A stretch of 63,840 nt of DNA, filler included, from Welwitschia mirabilis (lineage: Eukaryota), in assembly GCA_051453625.1 (NCBI GenBank). It is 5 parts of one record of this genome, joined end to end, with 100 filler letters (N's around TTAATTAATTAA, not from the genome) between each part and the next. Parts side by side here need not be neighbours in the genome. Positions count along the whole stretch, not along the records: positions 44,391 to 59,148 come from JBOZIK010000001.1; positions 59,249 to 63,840 come from JBOZIK010000001.1; 3 more parts are not named here. One strand, given 5' to 3'. The notes below the pieces were generated by a model that did no database searches, was not told the origin of the DNA, and was given only the letters and a program-made list of their open reading frames with translations. Every line of letters starts with the position of its first letter. Within the stretch, counting starts at the first letter, position 1. A program made the translations under genes and the position numbers. Shown one piece after another: positions 52,092 to 63,783 of the stretch.

Positions 52092-53672
52092 ATAAATACA
52101 TTAACTTATTACAATAATAAAAAAATGTAAACAAAAACTAAAACATAGTGAATGATCAAATATGTCATCCAGAGAAACATGTGGGAATCAGTTCTTGCCT
52201 CTATGGCAAGGAAACAATTGGAGGAATGCCAACACATGGACAACACTAACAACATCATGGAAGGGTCACTTGAACAGTTTTGTCATGACTAACTTGGCTG
52301 TGTGACAGCAGATTATCAAAGCTTCTTGAAGAAGGTGGTCAGAATGAAGGGTGTTCATTTATCCATGCATTATACAATATACAAATTAAAATACACAGTT
52401 GTAGAAATGTTTTCCATTATAGCAAAATATCATAATACACACCAATTTAATTAAATGTGAGAAAGACTCATAGGAATACAAGTGGTAGGTGGAGAAAAAT
52501 CACCAGAAAAGGGCTTAAATAATGTCAAAATTGGATGGGACAAATGTTTGCTTTAGCATCTAGATCCCTAGAAAAGAGTAAGCTCAAGAGATAAGACACT
52601 AATCATTTCTGCTTTTCTGTCCATGAGAGAGATTATTAAATTTATTGGCCCTTCTTCAATGGTGGTACTATGAGTTGGGGGCGGTGTGCAACCAGGCCCC
52701 TTTTTATATGTATGAACCAACCTTCTTTTTTCCCTTATGCCTTGGGGTTATTGGTTTTGAAGGAGGGAGACAGTTTTCCTGAAAAGCTTTAGGCAGGACA
52801 CTATTATGAGGGAGTAAAGGAAAGGATTGAGAAGCAGGATACTTCCGCATCTTATGCTATCCTATTTTTGTGGAGTGCTGCTATTTCTTAATGGTAGCAA
52901 GTGATCTGAGCACTGTAGATTCAGAAAAACAAACCACAAAAGATATGATACTATCTTCATGAGTCAACCAAGGAAAAAAAAAAAAAAAAAAAACCTATAG
53001 ACAGGGTCATGAGGTGTCCAGATCAGCTGCTCCACAGGCCATGATTTAAGGATTTAAAATGTCGTACCTGAATGAAAGGCAAGGAATCAAAAAAATGCTG
53101 TTTGCCATGATGACCACTGAGACATTGATGACTGTACACTTCAAACGCGTAATTCCTAGGGCTTATTTGTTCTTGCCCCAGCTTCTTTTTGTGGATACAA
53201 TATCCCCATTAGACCTTTTTCCCTTAAAGTTTGCTAGTAAATCTACAGCCATGATTTCATTTGTGGTGTAGATTTCTTTCTTTCTTTTTTCTTTTTTTCT
53301 TTTTTTGCTAACCATTAATAATCACTTAGCTGAAGAGTCATCATTATATTGAAGTCCGTGATAACAACAACTTGCCAGTAGTTCATTGTGTCATTTATCA
53401 CTTGAACATATTCATTACTATGTACGATTTGTACTTCTGTGTATTGTAATTTAAACAGGCAGTAATTCAATGTATTCATTTGTTAAACCTGCTAAAAGGG
53501 AGCTCATCTTTCCTATAAAATCCTTGTTGCTTATGGCTAGAGCGTCCTTCCATTACGTTGTACGTGGTGGACTCCATGACCAATTATTTTGAGCTTTAGC
53601 TGCATAAATTATCTTTTCCTTAATGTATCTAAATCAAATTTCGGTGCCATGACAACTATATATGTTTTGCAG

Positions 53673-53763
53673 GTGGATATATCACCATTATTGTGCAATG
53701 TTCATGGCACTTGTTAGCTTGACATGGGAGATTAAAGGACAACCAAATTGCATTGAAAAGCAG
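53673..53763 (+). CDS. TMEM120: Internal exon of a TMEM120/TMPIT-like membrane protein
   Basis: ttttgcag|G TGG ATA...AAG CAG|gtatgt encodes WIYHHYCAMFMALVSLTWEIKGQPNCIEKQ, the conserved plant TMEM120 segment. Confidence 0.93.
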
Positions 53764-53885
53764 GTATGTTAATTACATTTCTGTAGCTTAGTCATAAGTG
53801 GGTTTATGAAAAGTAGTGTTTTAAAGTGTGTTCCAGTTAGTAAGATTTATAATTTTGTAACAAAATTTCTACTCTTCATGTGTAG

Positions 53886-53993
53886 GAAGGAGTACTCCTC
53901 TTTCTTTCATGGGCTATAATGCAGGGTGTTGCCATGCTTCTTCAGAATAGATACCAACGACAAAGGTTATATACACGCATTGCTCTAGGAAAG
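53886..53993 (+). CDS. TMEM120: Next internal exon of the TMEM120/TMPIT-like gene
   Basis: tgtag|GAA...AAG|gtattt, 108 nt, in phase after a 122-bp GT-AG intron. Encodes EGVLLFLSWAIMQGVAMLLQNRYQRQRLYTRIALGK. Confidence 0.93.
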
Positions 53994-54208
53994 GTATTTT
54001 TGTGTTCTCACATTGTAAGTTCTTAGGGCTAGGTGTTTTTTTTTTTTTTTTTAAAAATTTGCTTCTTGTGCAATAACATAAGTTTTTTAAGAGAAGCATA
54101 GTAAAGTAATGATTTGCTTAACTACAGCACTTACATTATCCTTATCAAATTCGTTAAATGACCAATTAAAACTTGGTTACATAGCCAAAACTTATTATGG
54201 ATGTGGAG

Positions 54209-54279
54209 TGGCATAAATACATATCTAGATGGGATGGCATAAATACATATCTAGATGGGATGGCATAAATACATATCTA
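54209..54279. repeat. Perfect 26-bp tandem repeat, 2.7 copies, intronic
   Basis: Unit tggcataaatacatatctagatggga. Confidence 0.95.
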
Positions 54280-56275
54280 CAGTTTTTGTTTGTTTTCGTG
54301 ATGGTACTCAAGGATATATTTTGGCATTGCATTGAACAAAGTTTTTGGCCTTTGTTCTATTGTGTTTTTGGGATGATCCCTTAGTTTTTATGGTCCCTGA
54401 ATGTTTTACTCGTCTAAGAAAGTGCTTTTGGTTATAATGCTTGCTTTCAGCTAGGTTAGCATGACCCTTTGAGTTAAGGCAAGTGACTTACAAGGTGATG
54501 ACTTTGTGAAGCTTAGTCACACTCTTTGATGTCATACACCCAAGTTAAAGTGAGTTTTCTTAATTTAAAATGTTTTCAAATTATTCAAATGGTTTTATTT
54601 TTCCATAGCCTCATAGCGGTGTATATTTCATTTCTTCTTTTTGTTTTAGTGGCTTATTGTGTAAACACCACCTTGCTGTTAATATTATTCTACTTCTCAG
54701 CACCATCCTTCGCTTCTGTTAGTTAAATCACGTATTGTGTGTTAACCCTTTTCTTCATCTTCTTTTGAACATTGATATCATCCTTTTATTGGTTTATGGA
54801 TTGTTCAATTGCTCTTGGTGTCTGGCATTTCCCTTTTAGATTAATGTTTTGTAACCCTTCATGACTCTTGTTGCTTGTGTTTTCATGGGTTGCTTTGCTC
54901 CCCCTTTTCTTTTGGCTTGTGTCTGCCATTTTCTATTATGATAGTCACTGTGCTGTTCTGCCTACTATAGACAGTTGATATTATGTGGAAAAATCCATCA
55001 TGAATTCAAATTAGAGAATAGAGGTTTCAATGCAGGAAAGTCTTACCTGCACCCTTGCAATCCAATGTGCTTGTCAGAGCTTGGCCACCATTGTGAAAGA
55101 TCCATGCTCTGCAGGTTCCCAAAATGTGGAAATGTGGAAACACATTTGTAAATGAATTTGTGGATGTGGGGTTTTTTAGGACACATATAAAATATAAGTA
55201 AAATCAAATAATTTTAGTATTTTAGTATATTCATGATAAAATATTGGTTTGTGTATGATATAATTGCATATTATTATCTTGTATTTATAGTGACAGTTTT
55301 TTTTGCAAATTTGTAATATTGTTATTTTAAGTTTCTTATGTGTATGCTGCCTATGAGCTTTTATAGCCTAGGAAATGAGTATGGTTTCTGAATCTTAGGA
55401 GGCATGACTTTTTTCTATGAAGTGGATTTCCACCAAGCATAGGTCAAAGACTAGTGTGGAATTCATGATGTCTAGTTATTGTTTCAAGTGTAAACCTCAA
55501 TGGAATGAATGGTGGATCATATGTTTATAATACATGTGTCAAATGCTAAGAGTTGGATTTGACAACTTAGATGATATGCAAAGAGGAGAGCAACAAATAG
55601 AGTACTATAATAGATTCATCATGCTATTAACCAAAGTTAATGTAGGGGACAAAATTGGGCATAGGCTAACTTTTGTCAAATTAGTGGTAAAATTAGCTTA
55701 GCTTAGTTCTGTGGTACACAACTCTACTTTTTTTAGTCTACAGTCTATTCAAAAGTCGGGATGTGGCAATCAAAATGATTGAAAATGAAGTTTTTTCTTT
55801 GAAAAATTGCGGCAGAAACATAGAGACAGCAAACAGAAAACAAAGCTAGGAAGTCCAAATACCCACAAATTTACTTGGATTGGGTCCTTTTCACCCTACA
55901 TCCATGTCCATGGATTAGTGCAGAGTTTGCATTATCAATGGAAATGTCAAGGACACTAGCCATCCTTAATAGTTGGGAATCAACATTCAAGATGAGCAAA
56001 AGTCTCTCGTGCCGCACCACCAACTAGATTCACTCATAGCATCACAAGTATCCAACATATTCTTACCTAAGTATTTACAACGAAGTGGTGACAAAACATA
56101 TGTATTTATATATGACTTGTACAAGTTATTAACTCGATGGAATCCATTTGTTCGTGACAAGAGAGATATTTCCTCNNNNNNNNNNNNNNNNNNNNNNNNN
56201 NNNNNNNNNNNNNNNNNNNNNNNNNNNNNNNNNNNNNNNNNNNNNNNNNNNNNNNNNNNNNNNNNNNNNNNNNNN

Positions 56276-56640
56276 CCTCTAAAGTCACATAAAAATCCTA
56301 TCATGCACAACGAGATGGTCATAAACATACTTTGATCATCCTATTTACTCTCATAGTTTACTTCCATGGCCAATGAAAGCTCCTTAAGTGGCATAGTCCT
56401 TGAAGCCACATAATTTAGTCACTTAGTCAACTTTATTCTAGTTATAAAATTTAATTCACAGCCAAGATATTAGATGCATAAGAAGAAACTTACAAGATCA
56501 AATAAGATAGTAAGAAAAATCCATGAAATCATACAAAAGATGAAAGAATTCCTTAGTACCATAGCCAAACTTAAAAGTTCAGATTTTCAATCTTGAAAAA
56601 TGCTATTTCTCAAGCTTTCAAAACTCTAACATATAACTTC
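56276..56640 (-). mobile_element. Fragment of copia leader homologous to about 45170-45560
   Basis: Shared tggcca.tg.a..ccct...gtggca...cc...a.gccacataattt.gt and agaaacttacaaga.caaa. Confidence 0.65.
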
Positions 56641-57719
56641 ATAAGAAAATTCGAGGCTAGAGGTTTCCTTCTTCCCCCCCACCCCCCCAACACACTAATA
56701 TAGATGGGAGTGGATCTGAATGTCATAATATATCGAAGGAACAACCTAGAAAAAAGAGAATTGATTTTTAGATGAAATACTTACATACTCTACCAGCAAA
56801 AATAGAATGCAAAGCAGAAAATAGCAATGCAAACATAATTATGCAAAGTTAATCTAGTAAAGAAAAAGACAATGCACCTAAACTAACAACGCTCAACCTT
56901 AATAAAAGTTTGCCTTATAATCTATATCACTTAAGAAGCTATCATCGAATTAGAATCAACATAAATTATAAGGGATAAGAACACAATAAGTATGGGAAAA
57001 TAAAAAAGAGCTCTTGATGTATTGCTTGAGTTGATCAATTCATACCTAGTAATGTTAAATATTCCCATATGTCTCTTCTAGATTTTCCTATAATTCATCA
57101 ACTTAATTTGTTAAATAATGTTATTCTCTTAGTTCCCATTTTAATGTTTTAACAGAATCACAGTAGAGAAAAGTTATTACTTCTTCTTATGATATACTAT
57201 TCCTATCAAGTGTATAAATGGTGATCAATATATGTTCCATTTTCAAGAATGCATAATTATCAATGAGAAAAATATAAGCATTCAACATAGAGGTTTCATT
57301 AGCTTTATAGTATTAGTTATTTATGAAATTAACAGTTTAAAAAGAATAATCCAAACTTTTTTGCTATGCATATATAGCTAATACAATGAAGTGGTGACAA
57401 AACATATGTATTTATATATGACTTGTACAAGTTATTAACTCGATGGAATCCATTTGTTCATGATAATACATCACTTTTTATAAGAAACATTAGGGTTAAA
57501 ACCCTAACAGGATGACCCAACATTGACCCATTTTAAGAAATTTTAATAAACTCATACAAACAAGTAATAAAACACTTGGAACCTACATAAGAACAGGCAA
57601 TGTGTAAGTTAACATTATCTTTCCTTCAGTTTTTTATACTTAGAGTCTACTTTCATCATGTGCAATGTAAATATTTATTGTTTAAATCAAATGTAAAATC
57701 AACTACAGCATGCATCATG

Positions 57720-58242
57720 TGATCAAAACGAGTGGAGCATAATGCGAGATAAACTAAATGTGAAATAAAAAAAATAAAGCACACAAAATATTCAATGAGC
57801 TTGGCCCCTTTGTAGTCTATGCCATGAGGGGAACAATGCAAAGCTCTTATTAATATACAAAAGCTTTAGATAATAGAAATAGCCATGAACCACACCACAT
57901 CACAACCCTCAATGGCTGGAGGGCTATTTATAAGAGAAGTGTAGACTGAGAAGTTGGCAAAAATTAGTGGTATAGCAGAAATAAGAAGAAAGAGGAAAAT
58001 TTGGAAACACTTGAGTGTTATGATTTTCCCACACTCAAGTGAGGGTATTGTTCCCTTTTCATATTAAATCATTAGGTCATCTTTACATGTATTCTTAAAC
58101 CCTAACGTTTTGGTGTGGTTAGACTTGACTGTATGACTTTATAACACAACATTACTTTACAACATTAACCCCTTTCTAATACATAACACATCACAATGTA
58201 TCTACAACATAAAACATAACATATTTAACTATGACCTTTAAC
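57720..58242 (-). mobile_element. 3' LTR of an Ale/Retrofit-like copia element (left boundary approximate)
   Basis: The minus strand starts TGTTAAAGG right after the PPT TGAGGGGGAG (58243-58253). Homologous pieces occur at 60310-60490. Confidence 0.75.
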
Positions 58243-58250
58243 ACTCCCCC

Positions 58251-58555
58251 TCAAGCCAGATCATAGGTGCCATACAATCCAAGCTTGCTACAAAGAAACT
58301 GTACACGACTAGCTCCAAATCAGAAGCAACATAGGGTTATATGCAATGTAGATTGAAGCTTAATCACCACAGTGCATGTTCATGGGCAAAGCAACCTAAA
58401 TCCTCAACTTTTGCTAGAAATGCTTAATCCACATCAGTTCACATGGAGTATGTACCATAGCTTGATGCACTACTACACTTGACCTTACACACACTATTTG
58501 TTTCTTGCTTTTCCAAAAAACAAGATTGGCCCCTACAAATGTATAGTAACTGTTG
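58251..58555 (-). pseudogene. Ale-like copia RNase H with internal deletion
   Basis: YYTFVGANLVFWKSKKQIVCVRSS...AMVHTPCELMWIKHF*...MHCGD*ASIYIAYNPM / SRVQFLCSKLGLYGTYDLA*, then the PPT. Confidence 0.85.
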
Positions 58556-58560
58556 GATTA

Positions 58561-59148
58561 TGATGTCAAACTGATGTTTTCTGTGAAGCAAAATTTGTGT
58601 ATCTTTGTTCAGAAAATATTGATCACTTGCAGGTCAGAAGCTGAAGTTATGAATGTCACATTTTGATCCGAAACTTGTCAAGTTTTATTACCCTCTTGAG
58701 GGGTCGACCGGACTTTTAAGGGGTCGACCGCACCTGGAGTGAACTCTCAGAATTGAACTGAATTCAGAGGGGTCGACCGGACTTTTGAGGGGTTGACTGG
58801 ACATGTGAACCTGAGAACCGGTACTCCTGAACTGATCGTCAAGGGGTCGACTGGACCTATGAGGGGTCAACCGGACCTGAGCTCTGTGCACTTGATACTC
58901 TTGAACCGATTGTCAAGGGGTCGACCAGACCTAAATGCAGAAAAATAGGATGGATTTTATCAGGAGCAAGCAGGCGACTGGACAGATATGCGAGCGACTG
59001 GATGAGCAGTCGACCAGACCTTGTGGGGTCGACCGAACCTTGAGGGGTCGACCGAATATGGAGCCGTAAGAAACTGGGGCGACTAAAAAGTTGACTCAGG
59101 CTACCTGTTTAAGTCATAGCACCAAGAGGGGTCGACCGGGGTTGACCG
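58561..59148 (+). mobile_element. Sirevirus-like LTR 5' part nested in the Ale-like RNase H
   Basis: Begins TGATG, complementary to the CATCA end at 42910. More than 10 copies of GGGGTCGACCGGAC-like motifs in 58699-59148. Confidence 0.6.
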
Positions 59149-59248
59149 NNNNNNNNNNNNNNNNNNNNNNNNNNNNNNNNNNNNNNNNNNNNTTAATTAA
59201 TTAANNNNNNNNNNNNNNNNNNNNNNNNNNNNNNNNNNNNNNNNNNNN
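59149..59248. other. Artificial scaffold-joining linker
   Basis: N44-TTAATTAATTAA-N44. Confidence 0.97.
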
Positions 59249-59715
59249 TTAGTCATACTGGATTAAATGTTGTTGGTTATGTGGATGCTAATTATGCTTA
59301 GTGTAAAGATGCAAGAAAGTCCACTTCTGGTTATGTTTTCTTGATGAGAGGTGGTCGTGTTAGTTGGATGTCTTGTTTGCAAAGAGACATGGCTTTGTCA
59401 ACTACGAAAGCAGAGTACATAGCTATGACAGAAGCAACTAAAGAAATGACCTAGCTAAGATGTTTACTTGACTAGTTTGAGTTGAAGCAACAGCAATATG
59501 TGATTTATTGCGACAGTCAGAGTGCCATTCATTTCGCAAAGAATGTTGCTTACCATGCGCGAACGAAGCACATTGATGTGAGGTATCACTTCATCAGGGA
59601 AGCATTGGAGGAGAAGAAGTTGGAAGTTCACAAAATCCACACACACGCGAATCTTGTAGATTCCTTGACCAAGGTTGTTATTGGAGATAAACATTAGTGG
59701 TGCTGTCATGGCATA
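59249..59715 (+). pseudogene. Ty1/copia RNase H (Tork/Tnt1-like)
   Basis: VGYVDANYA*CKDARKSTSGYVF...VSWMSCLQRDMALSTTKAEYIA...IYCDSQSAIHFAKNVAYHARTKHIDVRYHFIRE...NLVDSLTKVV, with four in-frame stops. Confidence 0.95.
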
Positions 59716-59796
59716 CCCATGGACATGTGGTCTGAGCAAGCTTGAAAAGCAGTGCATCTTTGGAGTTGCACTTAAAGATGTGCTAAATTTGTCTGC

Positions 59797-60309
59797 AAGT
59801 GGGAGACTGTTGATGTGCTAAATTTGTAACATCCCTAATGTTACATTTTATGTTGGCCCTACTTTCATATTGTAAAAGAAGGTTTCTATTTTAAAATTGT
59901 CTTTGGGAACGTTAGGTAGAGATGGGGCATGTGTCAAGAGAGGGATGATACCCTTTTTAGGTTTTTGGCTTGTAGCCCTAATTGGCTATAACCCTTGGCT
60001 TATCTGATGGTGGTGTGAGGGTTGTTTGTAGTATAGAGTTGAGGGAGTGCCACTATAGTTGAATAGACCGAAGTGTGGCTTTACTGGATTGAACTAACTT
60101 AGTGAGAGTTCTGTCAGGCATTCTTGCCTGAAGCCTGTTGTTGGCTTGAAGCCTATTGTTGGCTTGTAATCTTTGAAGAAGATAATAAAGCTCTGCATTG
60201 CTTTCTCGTGGTTTTTTCTCCTCATTGGGGTTTTCCATGTAAATTGTTGTGTCTGTGTGTTCGCTTGCTGCTTTCTTTAATCGCTTTACTGTTGTGTATT
60301 TTCGTAACA
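59797..60309 (+). mobile_element. PPT (59797-59806) and 3' LTR (59808-60309)
   Basis: aagtgggaga-c-TGTTGA...TTCGTAACA, with the U5-like ggttttttctc...ggggttttccatgtaaa. Confidence 0.85.
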
Positions 60310-61368
60310 CATATAACATAACATATCTAACTATGACCATCAACAAGGAGCATAATGCGAGACAGACAAATGTGACCGTAAAGAGCCATGGAACACAAAA
60401 GCTTTAGATAATAGAAATAGTTGTGAAATACATCACACTACAACCCTGGATGGTTGGGGGGTTATATATAAGAGAGGCATTAGACTAAAGTAATAAAGAA
60501 ACCTTAACTTCCTCCTAACCACCATATTCCTTTTTTCTTTAACTTAATTTAAGAAACACATCAAGGTGATTTTATAAGTAAATCCATCTTTTACAGTCAA
60601 ATGGGGTCAACATAAGAATATCACAAAAAAGGAAATAAAAAGAGGCTTTAGCTTCGCATTACAACACATCAATGGTAAAGGATGTTTTTAGATGAAAATT
60701 TTAAGTCGATGCACTATTGTAATAGATCTATTGACTAGTACATGAGGAGGAAGAGAGGTTATATGAGATCTTCAGCTTTTCTAATGGTTGTTGCCAGCAT
60801 TTATTGGACATATTTTGAATTAGCAATGGAGGAAGAAGGATTCTCTGGCATAGGAAAGCTGGACGCTTCAATTGATGAAAAAGCAGAACTCATCAAAGAA
60901 ACCTCTTAGTCTCTATGCAACAAGAGTTAGTAATATTACTCATTTGAATCATACTTGAAATATCCTTTTGTATCATGATGTTTGGTTACGTACCACATGC
61001 ACTATTAACATCCAACAAGACCTGATACAACAAGAGTCATAATGCTTTTTGTGAATATTATCCATATTACTTTTGTTTGTTTCCATTTTTAATAAAGTAT
61101 GACTTTCATTATCTTGAAGAAAATGGATTGTTAAGTCCTTCTAGTTGAGAGTGAAGTCGAATATTACCTCTTTTTAATTTTTATTGTCTTCCTTGTATTT
61201 ACTTCTTGTGATTGAAAAGAGTGTTCCACCCCATCAAGATCTTTTCATATACATTTATCAGTGGAGTTTACCTTAAGGATTATCTAGGGGAAGAGAATTT
61301 CTACTGAGAATTTCTTTCTCTAGAAAATATGAAACCCTTGAAACCCTAGCCTATGTTTTCTATTAGGG

Positions 61369-61724
61369 TGTTATGGAGAATTAGAGTTTACACATAGCAA
61401 CAACAAAAGTAGTGAAGCATGAAACAAGAAAAAAGACAAAACAAGCAAAAAGCCACAAGAAACGCATGGATTTACATTGTAAAACCCAAATGCAGAGGGA
61501 AATATCCATAGTACAAGAAAGAGCTTTAGTAATAGTTAGGTTAATGAACTTGTTGTGATAAAATGTGTAAGGATTCAAGCCATTTAATTAGGGTTATGGT
61601 TTGTAACTTAAGCTAAGCTTGAAAAACCCTAAACCTTAGCTTCCATTTACTGCTAAGTATTTTGTTATATTTTTAGTTACAACATGTACAATGGACTACC
61701 AAGGGTTAACCTTCATTTACAACA
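61369..61724 (-). mobile_element. Possible solo copia LTR
   Basis: TGTTA...CAACA ends and a U5-like motif (rc of gatttacattgtaaaaccc). No TSD found. Confidence 0.4.
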
Positions 61725-61872
61725 TGACAGCACAAGTACTTGTTGATGTAAATTTTTTTCCCTAGGCATGGGAAGGACAACAATGTCTGCTTCTTAGGAT
61801 GAGGTATGCTAGACATGTTATAGACGGTCGCTAGAAATTAGGTACCCGAATGATCTCCCTCATGGTATAGAG

Positions 61873-63470
61873 CATAGTTGTGAAACTCGAACTCGGCACT
61901 AAACTTGTTTGGCTACCCTGGACTCAGACTTGTTAGCCAAACTCGACAAACTTGGCAAAACTCAGTGGAAACTCAGGAAGGGCAAAAGAGTTTGAGTTTT
62001 CATATACATTTTTTTTTAAAAAAAGGAATTTTTATACATTTAGATAAGGCATAGAGCATTTCTAAGTATTAGACAAGTGTCGGAAATTTAGAATACACCA
62101 TATTAAATATTAATGAAAGTATGAAACAAATAACTATGTTTGTCAAAAGCTTGAACTTGTCATTACTCATTAGTCATTACTATGAACTCGTCATTATCAA
62201 ATGAGTAGGGAAGGCTACATCTATATTTTTGGTGAAGCTAAACGAAAATCTACATGTTTTTTCAAATCAAATAGAGCAAATATAGGGACACCTATAATTG
62301 CTCTACCTATTTTTTACTAGTTATGGATGCAATGAGAATGCTCTTGAAGAAGCACGAAGTAAAAGGGATCTTCATAGGAAGCTAGATGCTCCTTAACAAT
62401 CATTATGTTGATGATACCATTCTTACCACTAAAGCAGCTAAAGAGGATGTGAAGGCCATAGTCAAAGGTATTCAGGATTTTGGAGAAAAGTACAAGGTTC
62501 CATATGAACTTGGAAAAATCAAAGATATGCTTCCTCAACACAAACAATGACAAGAAAGAGCCATCCTTAATGAAATGTGGATGAGAGAGAGAGAGAGAAT
62601 CAAGAACAATATTTTATCTGGGTATTCTCCTGAAGGATTGGGGCAAAATAAATACATTCAAAATCTTTTGGAATGAATAGAGAAAAGATGTATAACATAC
62701 TATGTTGAACATGGTGCAATAGATAGCTGTCCTCACAGGCAAAGAATATTTTAGTCGATGCTTGTATTAGTGCCACAGTGAGACACACCAGCCATTATTG
62801 CCCCATCCAAAAAGGTTTGTTCGCTTATTAATAGAGCCATTAAAAGTTTTTTGATTAGGCAAAATGGGCAAGGTCTGAATTTATCTAGTTTTTTTTGGAT
62901 CAACTCCCGGATCAGACTAGACAAACTTTGGAAAGCATAGAAGTAGGGTGAAATTAGATCGATAGGGAGATTCTAATAGCTAAATATGGAAAACATGAAA
63001 TAGACTCTACATAAATTTAATGTATGAAGCAAACTCTAAATAAATTTCAAGCAGCTGATGGGAGATGGAGTTGGAAACTGTCAAGAAAACGAACTACAAT
63101 CAACACGAGAACTAAGAATGAAGCAACCTGTGTCAAAGATTTGAGTTCTACAACAATCAGCATCTTGTGCCGCGTCAAGACACACACGAATGTTTGGAAA
63201 CGCAGTTTTTGAGCGCTGGGAATCGCTCTCTCTCTCACCTGAATGGTTGTTCTTTTTGGACAAATGATGCTGCAACTGCAGACTGCTTTTTAACTTAGTA
63301 AAAAAAAAAAAAAACCTTTTTTCCCTGTTTCTGTTCACGTGAGTCCGCCACTAGCGGACTTGCACGAATGCCAAACTCGTCTGTGCGAGTTCACTTTTTG
63401 GACTCGTGACGATCCCTGAACTCGCAAAATTGCGGAACTTGCGGGAATTGCCGTGACTTTCACAACAGTG
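61873..63470. mobile_element. Non-autonomous hAT-type element (1598 bp)
   Basis: TIRs CATAGTTGTGAAACTC and CACTGTTGTGAAAGTC (rc), perfect 8-bp TSD GTATAGAG (61865-61872 and 63471-63478), subterminal aactcg repeats. Confidence 0.92.
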
Positions 63471-63781
63471 GTATAGAGTAAGCGGGGAACAAGAGTAGAA
63501 TGTAGGCTAGGCCTAGTGGGAATATCTCATAGTGTAAAGGGAAATAAAAGAAAAGGTAAGGAAGGTAAGGGTAAGAGAAGAGGAGGACTTCTGAGGAAGG
63601 AGGTGTCCTTCCGATTGTTCCAAGGTACTAACATGGAAGGGATGGAATAGGTCTTGGGGGCATGGGAATAGAGGTTCTAGCAAGGATCTCCTTCCAAGGC
63701 TGCAGTCAAGTGTGTGAGGTTCTCTAGAAAGGATGAAGAAGGGGACGCCAAAAAGGTGTTCATCTTCTATTGAAAATTAAG

Positions 63782-63783
<2 letters not shown>

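Noticed and set aside
58699..59148. CRISPR-like repeat/spacer appearance
   Set aside because: Repeats are short and degenerate, spacing is irregular, there are no cas genes, and the context is a plant LTR.
60720..60920. Possible LINE 3' remnant (also 61750-61872 and 63479-63780)
   Set aside because: Only a vague W.IW..RN-like resemblance; insufficient without a profile search.
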